Positions 27,191-47,525 of a stretch of 64,000 bases of DNA are shown one piece after another. This stretch comes from the human T2T-CHM13v2.0 reference genome, Homo sapiens. Both the position numbers and the translations under genes were made by a program. How positions within the stretch are numbered: position 1 is the stretch's first letter; each line of letters opens with the position of its first letter. The stretch lies in NCBI RefSeq assembly GCF_009914755.1, contig NC_060940.1; one strand, given 5' to 3'. Under the pieces are notes generated by a model. That model saw nothing but the letters and a program-made list of their open reading frames with translations. It ran no database searches and was not told the origin of the DNA.

Positions 27191-27852
27191 GAGCCCCACT
27201 CCTGGGCCTCACTCTTCCCATCTGCCACATGGTGGGTCATAAGGTCCCTGGGCCGTCTCAGCACTGCAGTGCGCAAGGGTCAGCCCAGCCCTCACTAAGG
27301 ACACTGAGGTCATGTCCAGCCTCCAGGCAGGAGCACCAGCCCTGGTGTGCAGCCCTGCCACCCTCACTGCTAAGAGGAGCCACTGACTATGGGTTCCCAG
27401 GAAGCCCCAGAGTTGGCAGGTGTTTGTTTCCTCCCTGCAGACCTCAGAGCTTCCGAGGAAGGGGGTCAAAGTGGGGCATGGCTGCCTCAGGGAGGGCCTT
27501 CCAGGAGGCTGAAAGGGTGCAGGGGTGAGGTGATCAGGGGAGAGGATGCCCAGCCCAGACTCTGGAAGTGCAGCAGCCGTAGCAGCGACCACCTTGTCTC
27601 TGGGGAGCCTGGAAGCACACGGGCTGGCTACACTCGCTCCACTGGCCTGTGTAACGCTCCTCCTGTGCCCCGTCATCCTCCAGCATGGCCATCTGGACAC
27701 GCAGCCCGGCCTCATGGATAAAGCCAGGGTCCAGCTTAAAGGCTCCAAGTATGAGCCAGGTCACCCCAACGATGTGATCCCTGTGCTGGGCCCACTGTGG
27801 GGGTGGCGACAGTTAGCAGGTGCTGAAGGTGGGGCTGGGTCCCCCTCGAGAA

Positions 27853-28288
27853 TACACACACGCACACGCTCACATAACACACAGGAACACATCTGTGTTC
27901 ACACAAGCACACTCAGCAGGTTCATGTGCACACACACACGGAGAAGGCACACTCACAGTCACACGCAGACACAGCTGCGTTTGCCCACAAATACACATAG
28001 GCACACACAGGCAAACGTGTCTACAGGCACTTTCACACTCATCACACTTGCATCACACTCATAAACACAAGTGTGTGCACAGAAGCAACTCACCACACTC
28101 ACACACACACTCATACCTGTAGGCATGCCCAAGTGCACTCACGTATACAACCACGAGGCACACACTCATGTACAAACACAAACACGGGCACACTTACATG
28201 TGCACACACATAAACACAGGAGCACTCACCCTACTCACATACACACACGAGGCACACACATGTGCATGTCAGCATGTGCACACACACG
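27853..28288. repeat. Degenerate CA-rich low-complexity tract
   Basis: Imperfect CACACA/CATG/CACT runs. A similar short tract lies at ~26695-26790. Confidence 0.85.
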
Positions 28289-30629
28289 TCTGGCTCTAGC
28301 TCCTCCCCTCCTCTTCACCCCAAGTTGACCTCTCCTTATTTAGAGTGGGGAGCCTGCCCTGGACTGCTGCTCCCAGGAGGGAGGCCCCCAGGGGAAGCCA
28401 GCCAAAGCGTTACCTCCCAGGCCTCTTCCTGCCTCTGGAAGGCCATAGGTCATAGCTGAGAAGTGTGGTCCTCGACTCCAAGGCAGGACCGATGCTCCAG
28501 GTCAGGATGCAGTGGCTAGAGCTGATGTTGCCCTGCAAGTCAGAGTGGGTCCAGCTTCACTGGAACAGAGTGAGTCTACGTAAGGCTGAAGCCCCATAGG
28601 TCTGGGTGTGTCAGTCAGCACATCCAAGACCGGGGATCTGAAAGATTCCCAAGGGGCATGGTCAAGGCCCTCTCAGACCAGGCACCTCACTGGGAGACTG
28701 GTCCAGAAAACCTTCGGGAGGGACAGGACAGCAATGACTTCCTCTGGCCTCTGCAGCTAGACTAGGTGGTTTCTAAATCTTGCTTCCCCTTTCCTTCACA
28801 GTCTGCTGCTGGCAGTCCTTCCTGGTATGACCGAAGTGCATTTCACATGACTCAAGTGCCAGCCCCTGCCCCAACTAGCAGCCCTGCATCTTTATTTTCT
28901 ACAAAACCCTGCCCCTGCCGTCACCACGTCGGCCCTCCCCTCCCAGGGGCCAAGCCTGCCCCCAGCCCTGGATCTCACTTGGCTGGGACTGAGAACACTC
29001 ACTGGGCCTCAGGGGTCACAGGCTGCAGGGCCCTGCTCCCAGCCCCCAGGCAGCCAGGATGTTCTTGCCAAAGGGCCCTGCCCCAGGCCTATAGCCGCTG
29101 CTCACCGTGTCTCCAGGGCAGGTACTCCGGGTCCACCAGGCTGACCTGCTCCCTCCCAGACACGCATTTGGAAAGTGATGATGCAACTGTCGGACGGCAG
29201 GAGCACTGCCTCGGGCGGCAGCACGACGGTGCACTCACTGCCTCGCAAGGTGCACTTACGTGTGCCACCAGGAGCCTGGTTGCTGGAAAGGGCATGTGTC
29301 AGCACCACGGGGCTGCTACACTATCCTGGCATATCTGCTGCCATCCTGGGGACCTCACCCTCATCCCTGTCCAGGTGGGCATGGCCCTCCAAGGTCACCT
29401 GGTGAAGAGGAGCCCGGGGCTGGAGCCCTGTCCCAGCTCTGGGGCAGACCAGTGGCAATCGATCCTGAGAATGTTGTTGGTGAGGCAGGTGGAGGTTCCA
29501 GCCCTTGGCCCTGGAGACAGTGACGGTCGGGAGCCCACAGTGAGTGCTCGAGGGCAGAGCTGAGTTGGGGGGTTGCGGGGGGATCTGACAGCTGACACCC
29601 TAGCAGGGCAGTCACCAGTGAATGATCCCAGAATCTGTCCAAGAAAGCACTGAGAGGCCTGGGAAGTGATGGGCTCTGACCCGTGGTACACAGGCAAGTC
29701 AGACCCAGAGAGGCGTCAAGAGGGTGAAGGAAGGGAGACTAAGGTCTGTCCAGGGACTGAAGATAGGGAGGTAAAGGAAGCAAGAATAGAGACTGAGGTC
29801 CAGGCTGAACCCTAGAGGACATGCCCCAGCACAGTTTGGGCCAAACCTTTCCCTAGGGTCTCAACATCGGACAAACCAGTCCCCCAAACATGCCCTAGTT
29901 CTCCACACACCTCATACAGACACTAGTGCCCAGCCCTCACCTCGTCCATCCCCCGAGACAGAGACTCCCGAGCAGACACAGGTGCAGACGCAGGTGCAGG
30001 CCAGGAGCCAGGTGCCCATGTCTTGCCTCAGGGCCTCACTCTCCAAGGTCCAGCCTGCAAGGGGCTGGGCTGAGGGCCTGTGCGAGCCATCCCTCTCTGG
30101 AGGGGTGCTCCCCATGAATTGCTCCCCAGCGGAGTGCTCAGCGGGTCTCCATCTGCACTCACACAGTGTCCTGTGAAAGACGCTGGGCACCACTGCCCAG
30201 GGTTTACTGATAAGGAACTGAAGCTCAGAAAGGCCGATTGACCCAGCTGCAGACTCGTGGCTGCAGGGTGTCAGATGCACCCTCAAACTTTGATCCGGAC
30301 TCTGACTTAGCCAGGTCTCCACGTCCACCAAGAAGGCTCCTCTCTAGGACGGGCACCCTCTGCCAGCCCATGCCCTGTCCCTGGGCCCAGGCCCCATTCT
30401 GCAGGAGGGGTCAGGATTGGGGGAACCAGTCACTCCTTACAACCACCACAGGTGCATTTTCAATGAAAATTCTCACAACAGCGCTGTAAGGAAGAAGCAC
30501 TGTCCCCGTTCACAGGCTGAGTCCCAAGGAGTGAAGCAGGGAAAATGACTTGCCCAGGGTCACACAGATGGCCTCTATGCATTCTTTTTTTCTTCTCTCT
30601 CTCTTTCTTTTTTTCTTCTCTGTCTCTCT

Positions 30630-30935
<306 letters not shown>

Positions 30936-31365
30936 TCTATGCCTTCTCTCTCCCTTTTGTCTTAAATAAAGACCCATCCCAGGATTCTGCCCCAGGAAGG
31001 TGGACGAAAGTGGCAGTGGGGTATCGATGCAACAGACAGCACTTCCAGAGCTCTGTTGTACCCCTGTTCCAAGATGCCTCCAAGCGAGAGTACACCAGAA
31101 GGGCAAAGCCCTCTATGCTGGAGTGTTAGGCCTGAGCCCCAAGATTCCTGGGGTAGCCAGAGGCTGGCTGGAGATGAGGGGCTGGGTGTCAGGAAGCTCT
31201 TGAGTGTGGGAAGGCTACTGACGCCCTATCACCCTATTTGCAGCTCCAGATGATACACCAATAGCTTCTAAGCAGGAAGCAGGGCCAGCCTGGTTACACA
31301 AGACTGACTAGTGTTAAGGAGGAGAACAAAAACAGACATACACACAGACTACAGCATGCACGCCT

Positions 31366-31648
31366 TGTTTTTTCTTTTTTTTTGAGACAGAGGCTAGAGT
31401 GCAGTGGCACGATCTCGGCTCACTGCAAACTCTGCCTCCTGGGTTCCAGTGATTCTCCTGCCTCAGCCTCCTGAGTAGCTGGGATTACAGGTGCGCACCA
31501 CCACTCCCAGCTAATTTTTGTATTTTTAGTAGAGACAGGGTTTCACCATGTTGGTCAGGCTGGTCTTGAACTCCTGACCTCATGATCCGCCCGCCTCAGT
31601 CTCCCACAGTGCTGGGATTACAGGCATGAGCCACCATGCCTGGCCCAG
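31366..31648 (-). mobile_element. Alu (AluS-like, small deletion)
   Basis: Antisense Alu consensus. Confidence 0.9.
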
Positions 31649-33055
31649 CATGCATGCTCTTAAGGAACTCACACACTCTCAACAGGCAGTAGGCACTACT
31701 CTAACCCCACTCCTGCAGCCTACCCAGGTACCCACAGGACAGTCCCCTGTTAAGACTGATGATCGGGAAGACTCACCCTTCCCTAGAATGGAGCGTGCAG
31801 TCTGGCACCACCGGCCACAACATGAAACACCGTGGCAAGTTCTCTGCAGCAACGTCTGTCCCTTCTTGCAGCAGCTACTGGAAAGGTGGGAATGGGGAAG
31901 ACAGTCAGCCTGCTCTTGGGATATCTGAGGGCGGGGTTGGAGTGACCACCAGGACCTGGGGAAGCACAGGCACAACAGCCACAGCTGAGAGCTGACCCAG
32001 GCCCCAGGATGGCCGACCGCTGCCCCAGCAGTGGAGAAACACCCACGTCGGTGTAGAATCAGGCCAGGCCAGCCACAGGCTAACCCAGGAGCAGACGGCT
32101 TGAGAGCAGGGAGTGGGGCGGCTCCAAGCTCAGCAGTCCTCATTTCTAGAAAGGGAGAGGGGATGGTAGGGCAAGACCCACATGTGACACCTGAGAGCTA
32201 CAAAGGAGGAGCCCAGGACACTCCCTAGGGGAGCATTAGAGTGTTGGGTATAGCGACAAGGGGGTATGGCCATCTGAGGGGAAGGTCTCTGCTTTTCCTC
32301 TGCACTGAAAACTCACAGCTGCACCTGGTAAGCTGAGCAGGGCAGGGTTACCACCCTCCTACAGATAAGGAGACTGAGGCTCAGAGACCTAGGACCTGCC
32401 CAATACCTGGCTCCTGACACCTCTGTTCTTGGCACATTCCCATCAGCTTCTACACAAGCCTGTGAACTTCCCGAGGGCAGTGCCTGCGAGGCACCACTCA
32501 GCACATGCCCCAGCAGAAGGCACCACAGTGCTTTACAAATAGGGTGGAGCTACAGGCAGATCTACCTTCCCCCATCCTTGACCACAGGACCAGGAAGTCA
32601 GGGCAGGTGCACACACCCCCACCCACATGCTCCGTGCTCCTCTGTGTCACCAGGGAGGCCTCACCACAGCTCAGACACCAGGTCACAGGACAGTTGTGAG
32701 AGCAAGAGGGGAAGCCAGTGTCTGCCACCTGGGAAAGAGCTGCCCCGACACCCCCAGTCCTGCTAGGGAGCCTGGCTGACATCACTGCCCAGGACACCCT
32801 CTCCTGCACTGGGTCTGTGGACATAGCCTCCAGCCCATGGTCACTCTGGGCCCTTCTTAGAGCCTCACCTGTTCCATGGCCTCAGCATCAAGGCCTGGCC
32901 CAGATGACCACTGGGCCTCACGGCCTGCCTGCCCTGGTTCCCTGGGCCACTGTGAAGCTGTGCGCTGCCCTGCAGCTAGACCCCTCCCTCAGACCACAGG
33001 CTCTGCCACACCCACGGGAGGGTCTTCAGGCAAGCTCAGCCATTCACCCTCCCTT

Positions 33056-33215
33056 AGCTGGGCAGGGTGGCCCACGCCTATAGTCCCAGCTCCTTGGGAG
33101 GCTGAGGTGGGAGGATCTCCTGAGCCCGGCAATTTCAGGTTGTGGTGAGTCGTTATTGCGCCACTTTACTCCAACCTAGGTGACAGTGAAACCCTGTCTC
33201 AAAAAAAAAAAAAAA
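33056..33215 (+). mobile_element. Alu right-arm / FRAM fragment
   Basis: AGCTGGGCAGGGTGG...AACCCTGTCTC followed by poly-A. Confidence 0.85.
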
Positions 33216-33275
33216 CAACTGCAGCAAGAATATTCCCAAAGATGAGACACTAATGCAGCAAAAAAGGAAGTGTAA

Positions 33276-33730
<455 letters not shown>

Positions 33731-34037
33731 CTTCACTGCATTATTCAACAGCAAGAACTCTGTGGGAAATATCTGAATCCATTATCAGTGGTGAATCTAT
33801 TGACTCTATCAGTGGTGTCAATGGTATACTTCATTTGCTCTCCTGGATGTAACCAGCATTCACAGATGCACATTTGCAATTGATTTCAATGACAGGGAAC
33901 ACTAACTTTGAACCCCAATGAAGCAAAATGGCATCCACTCTTCTCAGTAATAGACCCACATTACAAAAATTAAACTCAATTATTATGTTTTGAATTTTGT
34001 CTATAATCACATTCTGAGGTTAAATTCAAAAAAATTA

Positions 34038-35063
<1,026 letters not shown>

Positions 35064-35067
35064 TTTC

Positions 35068-35085
35068 TGGGGGTTCATCCGGGAT
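35068..35085 (+). other. Retroviral primer-binding site, tRNA-Pro type
   Basis: TGGGGGTTCATCCGGGAT versus canonical PBS-Pro TGGGGGCTCGTCCGGGAT (16/18), 4 nt after the LTR end. Confidence 0.85.
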
Positions 35086-37594
35086 TGGAGACGACAGATT
35101 TACTTTCTCCTTTGCCTGCGGCACTAGAGCCCCAGGGCCAGGGGAGACCCAGCATCCAAGGTGCACCACGGGGGAGCTTCACCCGGATAGAAGCCGGCAC
35201 TCCCCACGTCCCGGCGCCCTGTCCGGCAGCGCAACGGAACCAGGGATGGGGCTGTAGGATGATACCAGCACTTCGGGAACCATGGTAAGGAGTAAGGTAA
35301 GTAAGCAGACAAGGACCAAGGCAGGAAAGCCTGTCCCACAGGGATGAATGCGAGCTTGATCACCTCCCAGGGACCAACCACTAATCCAACCCAGAGCAGC
35401 TGGGGGCGGCAGGAGTGGCCTGCCAATTTGGATGAACCTCGCGTCCCCACTAACAAAGTGAAAGTGGTTCACTGGATCTGCAGACAGCGACTGGGAGTGT
35501 GTGGGTGTGTGTGAACCTACCCGGGACATGAGAGAGGCTAGTTTCCTCCAATAAGGAGTCCTGGGGTAGGAGTGGTGTGTGTATGTGTGTGAATGTAGGA
35601 GCCTAACTAGGCTCACCCGGGACACGAGAGAGGCTCGTTTCCTCCAATAAGGAGTCCTGGGGCAAAGGAGGTGTGTGAAAGTGTGTGAAAGAGACGGTCT
35701 CGGGAGAGGCCAATGCAGGGAGTGACATGGGGAAGCACAGATCCCTTAGTGCAGGCTGTGTGCTCCGAGGCGAGTGCGGGTGAAATCAGACGTAGGACGT
35801 TGCATATGGCAGATAAGACCAGCTCTACAGCCGCAGCAGGCTGTGAGAGGGGAAGGCACATTCCTGGCTAAGCAGCGTCCGAAACTCCAGGACCAGGTCT
35901 GGTGGACCCAAGAGTGAAAGTGAGTGAGAGTGTGCCACAAGGGAGGAAATGGGAGGGGAAGTGTCTAAACCAACTCCTTTGAAGTGCATGATAAAGAACT
36001 TTAAAAAAGGATTTAGAGGTGATTATGGGATGAAATTGGATGCTCAAAAGTTAAGGACATACTGTGAAATAGATTGGTCTGCTTTCAATGTGGGGTGACC
36101 CTCTGAAGCTACAATAGACAGGGAATTAATTGGCCGTGTGTTTAAGGTGGTCATTGGAGTTGGAGGACAACCAGGATACCCAGACCAGTTTCCCTGTATG
36201 GACACTTGGCTCAGTGTGGCACAAACTTGCCCCAGGTGGCTACAGCCCTGCCTAGAGGGATATTACAAGGCATCAGTGGCCCAGGCAGCCCAACCAAAGG
36301 AAAAAAGAAAAACCAAAAATAGAAACAAAGAGATGGCTCAGTGTATAGCTGACGCACTAGCAAGAAAGTAACCCTGGATTTGCTAGAGGGTGTGGCCAAG
36401 GAAGAGGCCAAGGAAGAGGGCAGACAAGACAGGGAGAGGAAGCTGGTCCCGGCTGGACAGGAACCAATGTGCAAGGTGCAGACAAATGGGCCACTGGAAA
36501 CATGAGTGTCCCCAAAAGGAAACGGATGGAGATGATGGTCAATGGTCTAACACCCAAGTGTGGCATTCAGTTGCTGGTCATAGTGCTTCAAAGGCAGATC
36601 CTGATCTGACTGGCTTAGCGGGGGCTGAGAATTTTGAGGACTGAGACAGACTGGGCTCCATCTTTTTAGGCCCCAGGGAGCCTGTGGTCTCTATGGAAGA
36701 AGGGGGCCAATTAATGGATCTTTTGGTCAATACTGGTGCTGATTTCTCTGTGGTAACTCGCCCAATTAGCACCCACAAAAAGAACTATGCTGCTATCATG
36801 GGAGCTACTAGGGCCAAAGACGTGACACCTTTTTCCAAATACAGGAGATGTGTTATTGGAGGACAAGAAGTGCAGCATGAGTTTCTATATATGCCAAATT
36901 CTTCAGTGCCCTTGTTGAGGAGAGACTTGCTCCAAAAACTGCAGGCACAAATTTCCTTTACACCTAAAGGGAATGTGACCCTGGAGATAGGGAAGCCAAA
37001 GGCAATGGTATTGACTCATGGCTAAGTGAATGCAGCCCTGCCTAGCAGTTTATTGTAGAACGTCACAGCCCACGCCAAGAGAGAAATCAGCTGCGCTGGC
37101 AGCTACAGAGTTAAAGGGAAAGTCACAGAGGCTTGTAGCACCACTGAGCCAAAAGCAAAAGTAAAAATCAGCTGCCCTGGAAGCTATGGGGACGAATGAA
37201 AAGTCTCAGAAAAGAAAGAGAAAAACCGTTCTGCAAGAACCACAGGAGGGAATAGAGACCACCCCTCCCTATATTCCAATCTGCCCCCCTTTACCAAGGC
37301 TAACTGCACCTAAGGAGTCAAGTTCAAACAGATACATGCTCCCAGTCTCACCTGAGAGGGAGAAATCAGAGCTCCGGGAAGTTAAAGTGAAAGGCTCAAA
37401 AAGTCAGGCAGGCCGTCTCAGGCCCGGCCATGCCCAAGTTAAACTTACGCCTCTTCAGAGGACAAGAGAACCCCCACCAGGATCCGATGATGCAGCCCAG
37501 CTTCAGCACCTACAAAGGTGCCAAGAAACATTTCTGCAAAGGCTAAAGGAAGGTAAAAGAGAAAGGCAACCAATATAAAAAATCTCAGAGGACA

Positions 37595-37931
<337 letters not shown>

Positions 37932-40029
37932 TCAGAGGTTCTCCAGGGTGCAAATAAAAGCACCAGTCAGTTTTATAATAGACTTCGTAAGGCATTTTGG
38001 TTGTACACTCCGTTTAACCCTGAGGCTGCTGAAAATCAGCACATGGTGAATACGACATTTGTAAGGCAGGCCCAAGGAGATATCGGGCATAAATTACAGA
38101 AGTTGGAAGCTCCGCAGGCGTGAATGCTACTCAGCTTATTAAAGTGGCTACCAAGGTGTACATTAACGGAGATCAGGAGGCTGATCAGAGGCTTAAGAAA
38201 GGCTAATTTACTAGCAGCAGCGCTTACAGGAAGAGAAGCTAGCTTTGCAAGAAGGCATGGACGCGGGCGTGAATGCAGTCGTGGAAAAAGCTAATAAACT
38301 GACTTTAGAGACTAAATACCCTAAACCAAGCTACACTGCTCCTCATCAAGTCAGTGCCAAGAGGCCCCCTTCATTGCTGTGTGGACTTGGTAGATAAAGT
38401 GTTCTCAAGCCAGAGAGATGTACCAGATCGGCCCCTCGGGGACTCAGACATTGAATACTCTACTGATGGAAGCAATTTCATACTAAAGGGAGTCCACCAA
38501 GCTGGGTACGCAGTGGTGACTTCGGACTCAGTAGTAAAGGTGCAGTCTTTGCCTACAGAAACTTCTGCTTAGAAATCAGAGCTGATAGCTCTGACAAGAA
38601 CTCCCTGGCTAGGAAAAGACCAAAAGACAAATATTTACAAAGATTCCAAATATGCTTCTGCCACTTTGCATGTTCATGAGGCTATTTACAAAAAAAAAAA
38701 AAAAAAAAAGCCTTTTAACTACTGAAAGTAAAAAAAAAAAAAAGCACAAGGAAGAAATTTTGCAGCTCTTAGATGCTGTATGAGCCCCAAAAGAGGTGGC
38801 CATGATGCCCTGCGAGAGGCACCGAAAAGCAAGAACACCAAAGGCTAAAAAAAATAGAAAGGCAAAAAGGCAAAGCAGGCTGCAGTGACAACTCCACCTT
38901 CTAAAGAGGAGGCCTCAGCTATGCCTCTCCTCCCGGAGATTCCCTCCCAGAGATCCCAAGCACCCCTGCAAATAAAAGGGCTTGGTTTGCCCAGAAAAAT
39001 AAGAACTACATTGAAGGAGGACGGTAAAATTCTCCAATGGGAGGCCATACCTGAAATGGTGACCCCGATTTGTAGAACAGTTCCACCAAGGAACTCACAT
39101 GGGAAAAAAAACAAACAGCACTAAAGACATTATTAAGGCATCATTTCTATGTGCCATGGCTCGCTGCTATTACTCAAGCCATTTGTAAACAAACAGTGTT
39201 TAACTTGTGTTCAGAACAATCCATAACAAGGGCCTGCTTGGCCCCCAGGAGTTCAGGAAACATGAGCCAGCCATGCCCTGTGAAAAGCTGCTTATGGACT
39301 TCGCCAAATTGCCCTGAAAGGGGGGCTATCAGTGCATGTGGGTGTTCATTTGCACCTTTTCAGGATAAGTCGAGGCCTTCTCCATCTGGACAGAGAAGGC
39401 ACTAGAAGTGACTCAGGTGTTGTTAGGAGACGTTATTCCCAGATTTGGACTGCCTCTGAGATCAGACAATGGACCAACATTTGTGGCTGCAAGAGTTCAG
39501 GACTTAACTAGACTATTAAAAATAAAGTGGAAATTGCGTACATCCTACAGGCCACAGAGCTCAAGTACAGTGCACGAACCAGACACTCAAACAGCTGCTG
39601 AAAAAATTTTGTCAAGAAACTCATCTAAAATAAGATCGGGTCTCGCCCATGGTCCTCCTCCAAGTCAGGTACACCCCCACCAAACAAACTGGGTATTCGT
39701 CCCGTGAAATATTGTTCAGAAGGCTGCCCCCAATCATTAATCAAATTAGAGGGGATTTAAAAGAGTTAGGAGAGCTAACCCTTAGAAGACAGATGCACTC
39801 CTAAAGGAGTGACAATGCAAGAGATGCATGGCTAAGTATTAAAAAAAAAAAAAATGCCTATAAGTCTAACAGACCCAGTACACCCTTTCAAACCTAGGGT
39901 CTGTGTTTAGGTTAAAAAATAAAATCCAACCACTCTAGGACCCATATAGGATAGGCCCCATATTGTGATCAGGAACTGATCAACATGTTCAAACAATAAG
40001 AAAATAGTCATATTAAATGTAAAGATTGG

Positions 40030-40386
<357 letters not shown>

Positions 40387-41014
40387 TCAGGGGAGGTTCA
40401 AAAAAATGAATAAGGGAGTAAGAATAGGAATAAAGAAAGAAATTGAAATCCCGGTGATTAACATTTTCGTAGCCTGTTCAAATGTAAGTATGTAGTCTAT
40501 TCTGGGATCACTGTGATTTGGGGTTTGCTTTCTACCTCTTAAGCTATTTAAAACACTGAGAAGGCAATATTCCAACTTTCATTTAAATGAAATATTCAGA
40601 ATTTTGATTAAAATAAATAATAAATTACACAAGTTTACAAGTAACAGTTAAATATTTAGGGACATGTACTAAGTTTTACAAACAGTACAAATATTTAAGA
40701 GTGTTGATTGGGAGTAAGGGAATGTCAACTGCCAATAAAGTGGAAGATGAAAGAATAGGACTTTACACAGAGCATATTTAGTTATGGGTCTCTGTCTCCT
40801 CCCCACACAGAAAAACTCCCAGACATTCATGACTTCATCCACCCTGCCTGGCAGATAGGCCATATTTCCTGACCCCCTGGCTCTTCACCTCAAAAGGTTT
40901 ATCTTTCCACCACACTAGCAAAGACCCTCAGGACACACAACTCATACTGCCAGCTAAGCATCTACCCCGAGGGACAAGGCAAGCACACACTAGGGCAGCT
41001 GGGCCATCCTGGCC

Positions 41015-47122
<6,108 letters not shown>

Positions 47123-47525
47123 GGTCTCGAACTCCGCAGGCTCCAACTCCCGGCAGCTCCCACTGCCGCTCAGCGCCGATGCGCCGCCCGCCTCGAGCTC
47201 ACATTGGTCCTGGCAGCCTTCCCGCCACACCAACCAACCAATAGACAGGGCGATTCTGCGCTCCCGGCCCTGCTGCAGGCTGTCTCGCACTTGTCATTGG
47301 TCACTGCAGCCGCCCCACCCCCCCCGGCGCGCCAGTGGCTGGGCGGCCTCGCTGGGGCGGGCCGCAGTTCCTGCGCGTGCGCGCTTGGCCTCCCTAGTGC
47401 GGGCTGGCAGTGCGGGCAGAGCCCGGCTGAGAGGGGCGGCCCTGGAGGAGACGGAGGCGGCGGGTGGGCCCGAGGCGCAAGAGGAAGATGAGGACGAAGA
47501 AGAGGCGCTGCCGCACTCCGAGGCC
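47123..47525. promoter_or_regulatory. Bidirectional CpG-island promoter of POLR3K and SNRNP25
   Basis: Start codons are 403 bp apart, head-to-head. CCAAT/ATTGG boxes at 47203, 47238 and 47296; GC box at 47354; NRF1-like TGCGCGTGCGC at 47372. Confidence 0.88.

Larger units (their letters stand above)
22259..30054 (-). pseudogene. IL9RP3: Interleukin-9 receptor unprocessed pseudogene (exons 2-9)
   Basis: Exons: 29941-30054 (GWTLESEALRQDMGTWLLAC), 29399-29510 (CLTNNILRIDCHWSAPELG), 29106-29282 (frameshifted), 28414-28559 (frameshift with TGA at 28540-28542), 27593-27794 (WSECS), 26801-26906 (TM exon, acceptor AG>GG), 25366-25450 (Box1 region VPSPAMFF), 22259-22855 (YLPQ...KARSWTF stop). Exon 1 was not recognised. 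Confidence 0.92.

Noticed and set aside
28766-29563. 265-aa plus-strand ORF
   Set aside because: Antisense to IL9R pseudo-exons 3-4, GC-rich, non-AUG start and no recognisable domain.
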